Numbered from the stretch's first letter, positions 16,226 through 30,523 are shown. The stretch: 64,000 nucleotides of DNA from Octopus vulgaris (GCA_951406725.2 OX597838.1:2852001-2916000), one strand, 5' to 3'. Program-made: numbers and translations. The notes: generated by a model not told the origin, from the sequence alone.

Positions 16226-16550
16226 GCGCATGGCTCAGTGGTTAGAGTATCGGGCTCACAATAGTGAGGTACCGCATTCGATTCCCGGACTAGGTCATGT
16301 GTTGTGTTCTTGAGCAAGACACTTTATTTCACATTGCTCCAGTTCACTCAACTGTAGAAATGAGTTGCGACGTCACAGGTGCCAAGCTGTATCGGCCCCT
16401 TTACCTTTCCCTTGGACAACATCGGTGACGTGGAGAGGGGAGGCCGGAATGCATGGGCAACTGCTGGTCTACCATAAACAACTTTTCCCAGACTTGTGCC
16501 ACAGAGAGGAATTTTCTAGGTGCAATCCCACGGCCATTCATAACCGTAGG
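16226..16550 (+). mobile_element. tRNA-derived SINE, family C (CORE-like body); relatives at ~17639-17916 (+), ~55626-55870 (+) and ~59920-60065 (-)
   Basis: A box TGGCTCAGTGG, B-box-like ATTCGATTCCC, then TTCTTGAGCAAGACACTTTATTTCACATTGCTCCAG...CTGTAGAAATGAG, a body seen in diverged form in the other copies. Confidence 0.8.
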
Positions 16551-16557
16551 GAGTCCT

Positions 16558-16621
<64 letters not shown>

Positions 16622-16764
16622 ATGGAATGCCACGCACTGCTATTTCGTTTACAAGTGTTTATAAGATAGAGAGATGTAAGGAAATAGGAATCAGAATTTG
16701 GATAGAAACTGCTTATTTAGCGTTAAATAAATAGCCCTTATCCAATCCCGACTGCCTCCCTTCT

Positions 16765-16887
<123 letters not shown>

Positions 16888-18485
16888 TATACATATATAT
16901 ACATATACATACATATATACATATATATATATATACGCATACGTATATACATATACATATGTATATATATAAATATACATATATACATATACATATATAC
17001 ACATATACTTGTACATATATACATAAATATATTTATGTATATATACATACGCATACATATGTATTTAAATATGCATATATATTCATGTGTGTGTATTCGT
17101 GTATCTTTGTGTGCATGTATGTATACGTATATATATATGTACACATGTATATCAGCATTCATGCAATAGTCTATTATACCTACATGGTTGTTATTGAATT
17201 ATACAAATATTATTAAAATCTGATTGTATTACTTTCAACTTTCCTTTACTTACCTTTCCCGTTCACATTTATTTCCTTCGCCATATTGAGTAATAATTTG
17301 CTGGTCTTTCGATGAAATGACAACTTGGTGTAGTTACGCTCGGCATTATAGCGTACACACCGTGTAATTATATTCCTGTATATCGTACGCTTGGCATTTA
17401 TGGAATACAATGTTATTGTAATATTCCTGTAGTCTGGAAGAACATAAATTGGTCGGTATATTTAGATCAAGATCTCGGCTATTCTATAGAAATTCCAATT
17501 GCGTGTGCGAGTTTTATATTTATATATTTCGTTCCAGATTTTGCATAATGAGGAAAATTCGCCTTTTCCCTCCCTCCCTCCCCCACACACCCCCAAACAC
17601 ACGCTTGAAAATGAAACATAGTTCTGAAGATATATGTAGGCGCGTGGACAAATGGTGAGGCGTCTTGCATTCATGAATCGTGAGATAGCGGTTTCGATTT
17701 CTGATCAGAGCGACGCGTTCTGTTCTTGGACAAGACACTTTATTTTCCGTTGGTCAAGTCCCTTCAGCAGCAAATTGGTAATCCATACAATGAAGTAGCC
17801 ATCGGAATCAGGCGGTAATGTTGGCCTGCTCATCTAGCCAGCAATGTGGTATCATTCGAAGCGCATTGTGACCAGCGATGTATAACAACATCCGATAGTC
17901 TGGTTGATCATGTGATGTACAATATAAGGGAAATGTTTCCTAAACTAAATTAATATTAGCAATTCCGTAATAAAAACGAGAAACGAAAGAGGGGTTAATT
18001 TAAAAACATTAGGAAAGGAAAAGTCCCAAAGTCCCAGGTCCTTAACAGATTTGTGTGGAAGTGTGTGAAAAATTAGATCGGGGGAGTGCGATGAAGCCTT
18101 TTGGCACTTCATAATACACAGTACTATTCAGAAATCAATGAAAAGTGATTATCTTAAGCTTTGCTTTGTAAATAAACAAAATGGAATCTCCCGTGATGTC
18201 ATTGGTTTCTTTTCAACACGTGGTCTGTGGCCAAGTCACTTCTCACACGAGTACACACACATGTGCTCACACACACACATACATACACACACATGTACTC
18301 ACACACACACAAATAAACACACGAACGCAAGCATAAAACATACATTCGCACCCATAAACACACACAGAAACACGTAAACATTTGGATATGCGTATATGCA
18401 CCTATGTGTGAGTGTGTGTATGTGTATGTGTGTGAGTGTGTGTGTGTATGTCTATACGTGTATGTAGATATATATAGGTAGATAG

Positions 18486-18619
<134 letters not shown>

Positions 18620-18620
18620 G

Positions 18621-18654
<34 letters not shown>

Positions 18655-18717
18655 CAGAGATGATAGATGGACGAAGTTGTACATTCATGCATATATATAT
18701 GCGTGTGCATGCGTTTC

Positions 18718-18801
<84 letters not shown>

Positions 18802-19495
18802 TGTATGTGTGTGTGTGTGTATACGAATAAATGAATCTGTGTGCAAGTTTCTAGCTGGTGCATTGTATATATTGCTTTGTATAAAATAGCATTGCTTTGT
18901 CCTCTGCAAACACACATCGTCACTCATTAATAGTGTCCCATTAACACACACACATCTGCATATATGTATATACACATACATACACATACACATACACACA
19001 CACCCACACACACACACACACACACGCACACACACACTCACATATATATATGATATAGCTATGCATTTCTCGATGCATAGTATTTTCGCAAGGGCTGCAC
19101 TCTGTTAGTGCATTTCCACTGTGCAACAACATGCAGGAAGACACATGGACGCACAGGCAGGAAGTCGTGCAAGTCCCGCGCGCGTACACGCACCTGCATA
19201 CGAGTGCGCACACATCCACGCGCAGACGCATCCCCACGGATACGCTGAGACGAGCAATTATAATATCACAGAGATATCGTTATTGCCTATTCTATCCAAA
19301 TAGAATCTTTCGATACCGCCGAAGAAGAAGAAGAACAAGAAGAAGAAGAGAAAGTTATCTTTCCTCCTCCTCGTCCTTCCTCGCACTATCCCCCTTCGAT
19401 CGTTCATCCTGCTCTCCTTCTTTCTTTTCTTCATTTCCTCTTCTTCATATTTATTTCCTTTTGCTTTCCTCTTTTTTCCTGCCTCATTCCCTCTT

Positions 19496-19559
<64 letters not shown>

Positions 19560-19639
19560 GGTTTCTCTTTGAAAAAAGGAAGGAACGTTAATAGAAAGAA
19601 ACTTAAAACATTCAAACAATGAAACGGAACAATAGAGCA

Positions 19640-19671
<32 letters not shown>

Positions 19672-20588
19672 ATACACACACACACATACATACACACATA
19701 CATGCATACATGCACACGTACACGTACACACATGCACGTACACATACACACACATACGCGCATCTACACATCACCATACACACACACATCAATTACACAC
19801 GTACACACATACACACACGTACACACATACATGGAGACACATGTACACACATGTACGTACACATACACACACATACGCGCATGCACATATCACCACACAC
19901 ACACACAAATGAACATGAACAGACTAGCACATATACACACAGCCTACGTACACGTAAGTCTACATAAATATACGTGTGTGTGAGAGAGAGAGAATGTGTG
20001 TGTGTGCGTGTGCGTATGTGTGCGTGTGTGTGTGTGTGTGTAAAGGAGAGAGAGTGGAGAGATATGGCGATGATGTGAGGGAGAGCGAGTAGAACGGATA
20101 GAAATTTGATAAAAACAAAAAATATGGCGTAAAAATTGACAAAAAAAAACAACATAAAAACTGACGAATAAAAACAAAAGACGAAACCTCATTTTCCCTG
20201 ACACATAAACGCGAGAAAGGGAGGGAGGGAGGGAGGGGGAAGATACACAGAACAACACCCACGCTGACAAATGCACACAAATAAATGCAAGCACAGACAA
20301 CCATATTGTACGTACACATACACACATATCTATATAAATGTACGTACACAAATATGATATATGTACACACATACACTCAAATAAGATGCGTGTGTGTGTG
20401 TGTGTGTGTGTGTGTCTGTGTGTCTGTGTGTGTGTGTGTGTGTGTGTGTACAATCATATTGTACGTACACATACACACATATCTATATAAATGTACGTAT
20501 ATACATACACAAATATGATATATATACACACATACACATACACTCAAATAAGATGCGTGTGTGTGTCTGTGTGTGTGTGTGTCTGTGT

Positions 20589-20651
<63 letters not shown>

Positions 20652-21109
20652 GGGTGGGTGTGCACTTCCACACACGGCAAAAACCAGTAACAAGATAACG
20701 TATCTATTTCGCAACGTTGCAGTCTCGATCATGTGGGCAACGATCCGTGAAATGTGTATGAAATATCAAGCATAGTTAATAGGAAAAACATCGAGCGAAA
20801 CCACTCAGACGCCATATTGGAAAGTATAAAGAAACGCCATGATAAAACAATGAAACTCTATCGAATCATGGATTGCCATTAGTTTGTGAGCGGCGTGGCT
20901 GTGGGACGGGGAAATTTGGAAGAAGTGAGTTCGGTATTTCGTTTCGACGATTGGTTGATTGTTTTTGTTCGATATAAACCTTTTAAATATTTATTGATTT
21001 TGTTTTTTCGTTAGAAACAAATAAAATAACCGTTAGTTTGGTAAAAAATAAAAAAATTACTAGGTATTTTGTGTATGCGTTCTTGATGTTGTTAATTTTG
21101 TCGTGCCTC

Positions 21110-21800
21110 CCACCCACCAATTCAAGCCCAGATCTTGCAGACCTGTGATCAAAAAGGGTTTCCCCTTTGCCTCCAATACCTAACCTGTTATTGCTACTGT
21201 TGTTGTTTAGCCACGGGTTATCTTTGATCCCGTAGACAGCCCCATGATCAAAGATGCTCCTTTCAGTTGTGAGAGTGCTCTCTAATTAGATATTGCCATT
21301 TAGCCCCAGGTTAGCCCTGATCCGGAAGACAGTCCTATGATCAAAGACTTCCCTGCTGTAACTACACTATTCAATCTGTCGTTGTTTAACTTCAGGTAGC
21401 TCTGATCCAACACAAAGATCTATAATCAAAGACATTCTAGACATGACCCTCCTGTCGTATTTTTATTGAATAAATCACAATGAAACAATCAGAGCTGTTG
21501 TGATCCTCCAGGTTGAGTAAATTAGCGCATGTGTGGATAATTTAATTAGTTTGTTAGTTAGACGAACGGAGTTCGATATTTGATTCAGATGAGTGATAAT
21601 TTTTTTTTTTTTTTATTCGACAAAAACTTTTTAAACTATTAATGATTTAACATTAAAAAAAAGCTGCAAAACGTGGTCCTGCTTGTTTTCGGTCATGGTA
21701 CATCTAGGGCCACATTATCGAATTAATTTGTCCACATTTTAAGACTAGGGTATGTTATATGAAACAGATTTGACTACTATTTCTAGCAACAGGCTCCTGC
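21110..21800 (+). repeat. Family E interspersed repeat with ~4 tandem diverged copies of its 5' module; relatives at ~4350-4510, ~4730-4910, ~9570-9730 (-) and ~40845-41010 (-)
   Basis: Recurrent TTTAGCCCCAGGTTAGCCCTGATC...CTATGATCAAAG and GATTTG.CT.CTATTTCTAGCA motifs. Confidence 0.65.
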
Positions 21801-21951
21801 GCCTGAGCAGTCGCTTCTTTCAATCAAAAATACTCCAATCATGTGGCAACGGGAGAAATACCGCTAAACATTTTCGTCCGGCGCGCTAACCATTCTGCCA
21901 GCTCGCTGCCTTAATAATAATAGAAACAACAACAACAACAACAACAACAAC

Positions 21952-22011
<60 letters not shown>

Positions 22012-22220
22012 CCTTTCTACTGGAAGCGCAAGGCTTCAAATTTTTGGAGACGGGATTAAGTCGATTAGATCGACCCTAATGCGTAACTGGTACTAATTTT
22101 ATCAGCCCCGAAAGGATGAAAGGTAAAGTCGACCTCGGCAGAATTTGAACCCAGAACGTAGCAGCAGACGAAATACTGCTAAGCATTTCGCCCGGAGTCT
22201 TAATGATTCTGCCAGCTCGC
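22012..22220 (-). mobile_element. SINE family A with (ATT)n tail; a partial head of another copy lies at ~21845-21912
   Basis: Full family A pattern adjacent to (AAT)n at 21953-22011. Confidence 0.85.
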
Positions 22221-22225
22221 AACAC

Positions 22226-22803
22226 CTGGCAGTGGCTCTCATGGCTTCTGGTCTTAACTGATTGGAAATGTTAACATGTAAATGTTTTGTCGTATTGTAA
22301 GAGATGAGCTACAGCAAATATTCTGCTCAATACCGCAGATTGGCTTTCAGTTGCTTGACCATAAATAGTTGAGAATGTCCGTTGGTGGCTAACGATATGT
22401 GTATCTCTGACCAAGAGCAGGAGTGGGGGAGCATCATAGCCATGTGTTGAAAGGAATTCTTTGGTTTGAACAATTCACCACAGGAAACAGGTGTTTCGTT
22501 CATCATCCATAAACAACTCTTATTCAAGGACCTTTTGAGCGGGATAAGCTACTCGATCTGCAGTAAATTCTAACGGGGCCCCATCTGCAAGGTCATGCAT
22601 TGTTTATCTTGATATGACGTGACCTTATTGCGCACATATGGTTACGATGCATGTGCCTGGTGTACCCTTATCAGACGGTTAGTCATGATGGGTATATTGG
22701 GCTTTGTGTGTTTATACACCAGCGTCACGGACGGGTAGTCGTGGTGGATCTACAGGGCTTTGTACCCCAGCGTTACTTTGATGGCGTGTGCTGCTCTCAC
22801 TCA
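22226..22803 (+). mobile_element. Family F element, older copy with a ~50-bp internal duplication near the 3' end
   Basis: Reverse complement of the 44879 copy (GGCAGTGGCTCTCATGGCTTCTG...CTGCTCTCACTCAA); the GACGG.TAGTC.TG.TGG segment is duplicated. Confidence 0.8.
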
Positions 22804-23004
22804 ACAAGAAGAAAAGATAGAGTAACTCGAAGATCCATAGCACCAACCCTTTGAAACTTTTATTTACTATTTGTAGAGTTATTTTCAATACACACAGACA
22901 GACAGAATTAGACACAAAGACAGCAATTTTAGAGTGCGGTGGGGGTTCGTCTGACTCTAGTACTTGACCAGTCTCTCTTTTTATGGACCGCGGAGTGGTG
23001 AAAA

Positions 23005-23164
23005 GATCGCCCCCAGTACACAACTGGTACTTAATTTATCGACCCCCGAAAAGATGAAAGGCAAAGTCGACCTCGGCGGAATTTGAACTCAGAACGTAAC
23101 GACGAATGACATACTACTAAGCTTTTCGACCAGCGCGCTAACGATTCTGCCAGCGCGCCGCCTT
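23005..23164 (-). mobile_element. SINE family A
   Basis: CAACTGGTACTTAATTTATCGACCCC...GTCGACCTCGGCGGAATTTGAACTCAGAACG...CTGCCAGCGCGCCGCC. Confidence 0.85.
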
Positions 23165-23679
23165 TGTTTTACCAAAGAATGAAACGATGTGATATTCACG
23201 TGGCAACGACTCTCTCGAAATTATTGTCTTCGAATCTAAAGTAAATAGTTTTAACTGTGAATCGAAGCCATTCAAATTCTCACCTTTCGAAAAAGTTGAC
23301 GAAATGCAATTTCTCTTTTATTTTTCCTTTCTTTTTTATTTTTTATTTTTGCATTCTTTTCAAGGCTCGCGGTTTTGTGGTTGTTGTGAATGATGTGGTC
23401 GAAATCGATTGTCTTTCACCTGTGTATCATCTGTCGTATAAACAGTTCCGTGAATACTCGACCCTCAAAGGCCTGAGTTCTCTGCAGTTAGAATCTGTAC
23501 TAAAACCAGTTCGATCCGAGGTAAATATTGATTTTTATCGATCATTTTCAACGTCGGACTTTTTCTTTTCGTTTTCGTTTTTTTGCCTTCAAAGTTATAT
23601 TTACCGCCAACAGGAAGTTGATTTTGTGAAGGGCTCAGTATTGTTGTCCTTGTAAACAACATAATGTAGGCTCATAATA

Positions 23680-24350
23680 AAGGTGATTTAGGGGTCCCAT
23701 AAGTTTTGTAAAGATCGCAAAGACATTTTAGAGTCAAAACGTTAACTTCCTTTGGGGTTTTTTTTTTATAAGATTGTTTCATGATCAAAATAGAATATTT
23801 GCTTTCAATTTCACAGGGCAGGTATTTTTAAGGGGACAAAATGTTTTGTAAGGATCACAATAATTTCAAGAGTCAAAATATAATTCCTTTTTTCTTTTAT
23901 TTCACAATAAAGATTTTTATTAGTCTCAAATTACAATATTTTTTTTTAATTTCACATTTTTAAACATCCCAAACGTTTTGTAAGGATCAAAAGGTTTATT
24001 AAGGGTTAAAATAATTCTTTTTCAATTTCAAAATTGAGGGATTTTTAAGGGTCTAAAAGATTTTTAAAGGATCATATTGATTCTTTTATGGATCAATACA
24101 CAGTTCGATTTAAATTTTGCAATGCAGAAATTTTTAAGGGTCTAAGACATTTTGTAGGGATCGTATTGATTTTTCAAGAATCAATATACTGCTTTCAATT
24201 TCGCAGTATAGGGGGTTTTAGGGGTCCAAAACATTTTGTGAGGATCATATTGACTTTTTTTTTTTAAGAACAATATATAGTTCCTTTTCTTTAAATTTCA
24301 CAATGAAGGCTTTTCGGTGATCTAAAAGTTTCGTAAGAGTCAAAATGAAG
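23680..24350. repeat. Old, diverged minisatellite (~85-90-bp unit built from ~44-bp subunits)
   Basis: TTTTGTAAGGATCA-like and TTTCAATTTCACAAT-like motifs recur about 7 times at ~85-140-bp spacing. Confidence 0.75.
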
Positions 24351-25167
24351 TTTCGGTAAAAATCCCTAATGCAGTTATGTAGATTATCATAAAAGAGTTT
24401 TAAGAACCGCAACACAGATTCTGTAAAAGACATAACATTGAATTGACAAAGGCTCCAAAGACAGGTAGTAGAACATTTTTGGAAGCTATATTTTTTAATC
24501 CATTTTTTTTTTCTTTTGTCTTCGAAACGGAAGAATCGGTTTCTATGGCAGTTACTTAACTGCCTTTTCGAGAGAGGGGTTGATAAAGTGTTAAAACTTG
24601 TTTTTCAAATAAAAGAGCGAAAACGGTAAGGAGAGGAGAGAAAGAGGAGGGGGTGAGAAAAAAACATGTATTATTTTGGTGAATCACTCGATTCCTGCGG
24701 TTTGACGAAAAAATTAAAAAATGACAGCAGAATTTGCAAAGTCACAATCTCATCCTGTATTTGTGTTCCAACACAAAGCGACATGAACCTCCACAGACGT
24801 AACTAATACATCATTTTAATGTAAAAAAAAAATAAAATAAAATAATCCGTCCTGTCTTCTGACTGTTCTAACTTCAAGGCTCTGCTGATCAATAAATAAT
24901 ATCGATTGGTTCGATGGAGTTTTCGTTGTTGTTTTTTCTGAGATTCCTATTGAAAATTCGGTGCATTAAGTTTATGTGAGTCAACGAGTCTGCATTGATG
25001 GAACCAACAGGTGTAATACAATTTATGGAACACCATTGGTGAAACAATTTATCTTTAGTTTTGGGAGAGAAAAAAAATGGCCTGTCGCGCAACAGCAACA
25101 AAACTGGAAACGAAGATCAAAGATAATGGAAAATTAAATATAGTCTTCAATGGAATATTCCTGTTTG

Positions 25168-25211
25168 GTGACGTAGGCGTGACGTAGGCATTACGTGGGC
25201 GTGACGTAGCA
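25168..25211. promoter_or_regulatory. Four 11-bp repeats, each with a CRE/ATF-like (bZIP) core
   Basis: GTGACGTAGGC GTGACGTAGGC ATTACGTGGGC GTGACGTAGCA. The repeat is seen directly; its function is inferred. Confidence 0.4.
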
Positions 25212-25545
25212 GAAAGAAATTGCTTCAGCCATTGTATACGTTGTCTTTGCTGTTGTTGTTGTTATTTTTGGATGTTTTCTGTTAATAATAACTGGATGCT
25301 GCAATGGTTGTCGATTTGGTGATGGAATTGGTGGCGGTGGTGGTGGTAGTGGTAGTGGTGAGGGATGGTGATATTTTTCCTGCCATGTATTAATCTCCCA
25401 ATACGAGATTTTAAAATAAAATCTATTGTTATACATTGTAAGGAAACTTTATAAGTATATATGTGTATGTATACACACACGCATATGTATGTATATACAT
25501 ACATGCATACATATACATATATGCATACATATATACATGCATATA

Positions 25546-25615
<70 letters not shown>

Positions 25616-25862
25616 CATGCATACGTACTCACACGTATGCTTACATGAATACGTGCATAAATGCATATATATATAGGTGCATACACACTATTAATATAGT
25701 GTATATGGGTGTGTTTGTATGTGTATGAACGCTTCTATGCATATATATATATATATATTAGAGAGTGTGTACACGCGTACATGAAGGTGTGTGTGTGTGT
25801 GCGCGCATGTATAAATGTGTTTGTGTATGTGTGTATGTGTGTATGTGTGTGTGTGTGTATGT

Positions 25863-25893
<31 letters not shown>

Positions 25894-26731
25894 GGTGTGT
25901 GTGTGTCTGTGTGTCTGTGTGTGTGTGTGTGTGTGTATGTGTGTATTACCTTCATTTTATGTATTATATGAATTCTTGCAAAGAATTATATGGTTTCCAT
26001 TAAAGAATCAAAGCTCCACCACAAAATTTCGATAACAACTCCAACAATACAACCACAACGGCGCTTAAAGATTGCTCGTTAAACTTTCGATAAGTCTTAC
26101 ATATTTTTACTGTTCCGCTTACACACTGTAACATCCTAGTCTTTGTTTATGCACACCATTAATAATGATCGCTTCTGTTTGAACATAAAGATTCAACTGG
26201 GTCAGGCGTTATAGAGAAGTTGTATGTGTTTTATAAACCGCAAGAAGGGCGAGAAAGATTTCTCTTTTAATGATTCTAAAAGAATTCGATCTCTGGATGC
26301 GTCGCAACGAAACTGAAGTAAATATGGTAAAAATTATTCAAGGCATTGCTCAACCAGTTCTTCCATTGACCAAGTCGTCTAGTAAACTGTAAACATTGGT
26401 AAATAGCCATTCTTGAGTTTGCAAGTATTAGGGGCCGAGTGGGGGGGGGGGACTCTCGGATAATTTGGATAATTTGGGGGTGACCATTTTAGAAGGGGTG
26501 GTGGTGGTGGTGGAAGACAAAGAGGTAGAACAAGATGGAGTGAAAACGGAGAGGAGGAAGAGGAGGAAGAAGAAGAAGAAGAAGAAGAAGAAGAAGAAGA
26601 AGAAGAAGAAGAAGAAGAAAAGGAAGAGGAGGAGGAAGAAGTTAATGAAGGGAAAAGAAACATCAACAACAGCAATAATAATGGCGACTCTCTACGTCAT
26701 TTCTGGTGGTAACTAAAACGAAAGTTTAGAT

Positions 26732-26773
<42 letters not shown>

Positions 26774-26798
26774 GCAGACAGACAGACAGACAGACAGA

Positions 26799-26870
<72 letters not shown>

Positions 26871-26944
26871 TATATAGATAAATTGTAAGAAGCAAAGAGA
26901 GAAGAAAGGCGAAAGGTGCATGCTGTAAAGACTGCGTGTTTCGG

Positions 26945-26953
26945 ACTTACCTG
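26945..26953 (-). other. 5' splice donor ending the Kv T1 exon
   Basis: Minus strand reads GCTCAG|GTAAGT. Kv homology stops here, just before S1, and microsatellite-rich intron sequence follows. Confidence 0.9.
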
Positions 26954-28217
26954 AGCATATTTTGACGATGTCGGGTCGTTAAGAAAACTCCATATTTTTG
27001 CCCTGTACCGTGTCCAGCAGGAGAGACGTCTTTCATTCATCAGACCGTTTTGGGGTAATGACGTCTTCCGGAAAGACTCTAGCTTCTCCAGAGACTTACT
27101 TTGGGTATTCCAAGTATTATATTGGGTCCAACAGCAGCGTTCAATATCGTGTTCTTCAATTCCCCAGAATTCAAACTCTGTCTTAATGGACGGTCCACAC
27201 ATACACATTGGTACATGCAGTTCGCCCGTTCTCAAGTAATTCAAGATGATCCGGAAGGCCTCAGAATCGCGATCAAAGAAATATTCGCGTCGTTCTGGTC
27301 TATAGTATTTTTCCATTTCTTCGGTGTTGGCCAGTTTCATGGTTGGCAATCGGAAAAGGGTGGCACGACGCGTCTCGAAGATCTTTCCACCAACGTTTAA
27401 TACCACGGTGTCATCGTAAATGTGTGAGCCATGGCGATGTTGTGAGTGGCTCCCCGGTGTTGTGGGAGTGACGCTGTAGTAAGGTTGTCGGTGCAGCAAC
27501 GAGTTAGTGGCTGCTGCGGCGGCGTGTGCAGCTGCGGCAGCGGCGGTGGCGGCAACCGTCGAATTGATGCCGGTGTTGGTGGCACGGTAACCGCCCAGAC
27601 CGAGGCGCGAACCGCCACTGCGACGTCGATGATCCTGTGTCACAACGCCGCCACTTGTCACGAAAGGGTTGCCCGTACCACTTCCGTACGTAAACCCGAA
27701 ACCTCCGTCGGTGGCCGGTAGATATTCAGTGGAACCGGTGAGCAGTTCGTCTCGAACCGAACGGAAACTTTCCGTGATATCGCTGTCTGCTTCTGGTGTG
27801 AGCACATTGCAGGAGGCCGGAGTAGGATTTTGGTGTGTGGACAGGCTGTAACAACTTCCATCTGCTAATTCAGACATGTTGGTGATGGTAGAGGCAGCTA
27901 TGCCGCTGTACGACGTGTTTCGCCTCTCATACGATTCGCTGGCCGTAAACCAGGAGATACTGTTTGCCAGATCATATTCGTGGCTCGGTGGTGTCTGCGG
28001 CGAAGAAGACAATAGCGGTTGCTGTTGTTCTCTCTCCTCTTCCATATCATCTTCTTCGTCATCGTCGTAATCAGTTCTCTCCTTTCCTCCTCCTCCTCTT
28101 CCTCTATCTTCGTCTTCTCTCTCCCCTTTATCTTTTCTTTTTTGTCTTCCTTTCTCTTCTCTCTCGTCGCTGCCGCCATCGTTGTTTCTCTTCTCTTTTT
28201 CCCTTTCCACATGAAAC

Positions 28218-28252
<35 letters not shown>

Positions 28253-28340
28253 TTGTTGTTGTTGTTGCTGTTGTTGTTGTTGTTCATGATGCGAGTAGTA
28301 ATGCTGTTGGTTGTGGTGATGAGGATGAGAATGAGGATGC

Positions 28341-28373
<33 letters not shown>

Positions 28374-28639
28374 TTGTTGTTGTTATTATTACTATTAAGA
28401 TGGCGGTAGCTAGGAAATATTATAGGTTGGAGTTGAACAAGTCGATCATTCAGTAAATTATCCGGATTGAATGAGTTTTGAACCTGGGTCGCCTCTGACG
28501 ATTTCGGATGAGGCTGAGGCTGTTGTTGTTGTTGTTGTTGTTGCTGTTGTTGCTGTTGCTGTTGCGTTTGTTGATGGTGAGTACCAGAAAGTGGATTACT
28601 GGTAAAGTTAATGTTTTGCGTTTGTTTTGATAGCTGCGG

Positions 28640-28709
<70 letters not shown>

Positions 28710-29902
28710 GTTTGTGGTTGTGATTGTTGTTGTTGTTGTTGCCTGTTGAGGTGGTTGTTGCTGCTATGCTTGCTGTGTGTCTGAGAACGAAGATGCGAGG
28801 GACTCTGTACAAAGCTAAAGTTAGAAATTTGGTAAGGATGTTGCCGACAAGGTGAAAACGATGAAGATGAGGATGATGATGACACTAATGAAATGGATGC
28901 TGATGAAGGTGATAACGTTGCTGACGTTGTCGCTGTGGCGTCTCTTATTGCTGCGGTCGATGTGGTGGTCGTTGTCGTTGTGATCGTCTCTGTCGGGGTC
29001 ACTGTCGATGCTATTGAGGAGATCGTTATGGCCGCTGCCGTTGCTGCAGCGATGGTTGCCGTCGCCGACCTGAGCTGCAAGTGTTGTTGTGGTTGGTGTT
29101 GCTGTGGCGGGGGTAGTGGCGGTGGTGGGGGTTGTCGGGATGGGGCTGTCTGTTGTGCTTGCTGTTGTTGTTGTTGTTGTTGTTGTTGTTGGCTTGGCGA
29201 ATGAGGATAGCTGTAACCAAGCTGATGTTGGTTCTGGTAGTTTTGTTGTTGTTGTTGTTGTAGTTGTTGTAGCTGTTTTTGTTGCTCTTTTTGTTGGGTG
29301 TAATTTGAGGTTTGTTGTTGTTGTTTTTGTTGTTGTTGTTGTTGCTGCTGCTGTGATGGGGATTGTTTAGGTGGTTGTTGTTGAGGTTGTTTTTGCGGTT
29401 GTGGCTGAGGTTGTGTTTGTAAGAGTTGCAATTGAAATTGTTGTTTTTGTTGCTGCAGTTGTTGTTGTCTTGACGGTGCCGGTGGTTGTTGTTGTTGCTG
29501 TTGTTGTTGTTGTGATAATGCATTTGGTTGTGTTTGTGATTGTGGTGGTTGTGGTGGTGGTGGTGTTGATGCTGCTGCTGCTGCTGCTGTTGCCGCCGGC
29601 GACGTTTCCGTCAACTGAGGGTTCTGGACCCGTTGACGTTGCGCCTCAAACTGAGCATGAAAGCTGCTCGGCTGCAATTGCAAGCGCAGCTGCTGCTGTT
29701 GTTTTTTCTGCTGCTGTCGCTGCAGTTGTTGGTGTGATTGCTGCTGATGATGGCGATGGTTGTGGTTGTAGTAGTGGTGGTGATGGTACACCTTTCGCGA
29801 AGGTGGTTTCAGCTGCGGGACCAGCCGTCTCAGTTCTAACGCCGGTGACTGCACCGGATTGTGGGCACCGGACGATGAAACGGCCGGTGTCTGCGAGGAC
29901 AT
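26951..29902 (-). CDS. Coding exon of a Shaw/Kv3 (KCNC)-like voltage-gated potassium channel: low-complexity N-terminus, T1 tetramerisation domain and pre-S1 linker. Partial gene; the transmembrane exons lie outside the window.
   Basis: The translation contains VVLNVGGKIFET...EYFFDRD...ILNYLRTGELHVPMCMCGPSIKTEFEFWGIEEHDIERCCW (T1 domain, ~27128-27412, exact HX5CX20CC motif; the CGP..EFWGI..IE.CCW pattern is Shaw-like), then KIWSFLNDPTSSKYAQ. A phase-0 donor CAG|GTAAGT follows at 26951/26950. The start is uncertain: the first in-frame ATG is at 29902 (weak context), a better-context ATG (aacATG, MSELADG) is at 27877, and the frame stays open up to a TGA at 31270-31268. Confidence 0.88.
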
Positions 29903-30149
29903 CTGAGTGGTGGTGGTCACCTGGTTAGCGCACCTGCTACCGTTGTTGTTGGCGGCAGTGGCGTTAGACTTGGTCACACTTGTACCCAGAACGTTCCTGG
30001 CAGCGTTGTGAGACGGTGAAATGGCGTCGTTGTGAGGGCTGCTAGCGCTGCTGCTTGTGCTTGTGTTACTACTACTGCTGCTGTTATTCTTAATCGCAGA
30101 AGCAGTTGTGAGATTGTTGGATCGTCTGTCAATGTTTTTCAGCTGCAGC

Positions 30150-30180
<31 letters not shown>

Positions 30181-30389
30181 GCTGTTGTTGTTGTTGTTGT
30201 TGCTGTTGCTGCTGCTGTTGTTGTTGCTGTTGTGGTGGTTGCGGTTGTTGTTGCTGTTGTTGTGGTGGTGTACGACGATGCTGGTTGTTAAGTAAGTCAA
30301 GGTGTTGGCGTTGTTGCTGTAGTTGTTGTTGGGATTGCGATTTTAATTGGATCGGCGTCGTTTGGGTCTGACTTAAAGGTGGCCTTTGC

Positions 30390-30432
<43 letters not shown>

Positions 30433-30443
30433 GCTGCTGCTGC

Positions 30444-30483
<40 letters not shown>

Positions 30484-30523
30484 GCTGCTGCTGTTGTTGT
30501 TGTTGTTGTTGTTGCTGCTGTTG
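28215..30523 (-). repeat. Series of mixed CAA/CAG tracts encoding polyQ in the Kv frame (longest 46 Q, 30386-30523)
   Basis: (TTG/CTG)n tracts on the + strand, most in register as Gln with the frame that reaches the T1 domain. Confidence 0.9.

Noticed and set aside
20303-20560. ~150-bp tandem duplication between (GT)n tracts
   Set aside because: An ordinary slippage or unequal-exchange product among microsatellites.
26726-26950. C-terminal tail of the 1512-aa ORF (VSPKHAV...LSVC repeats)
   Set aside because: Read-through into the intron past the GTAAGT donor, including (GACA)n repeats.
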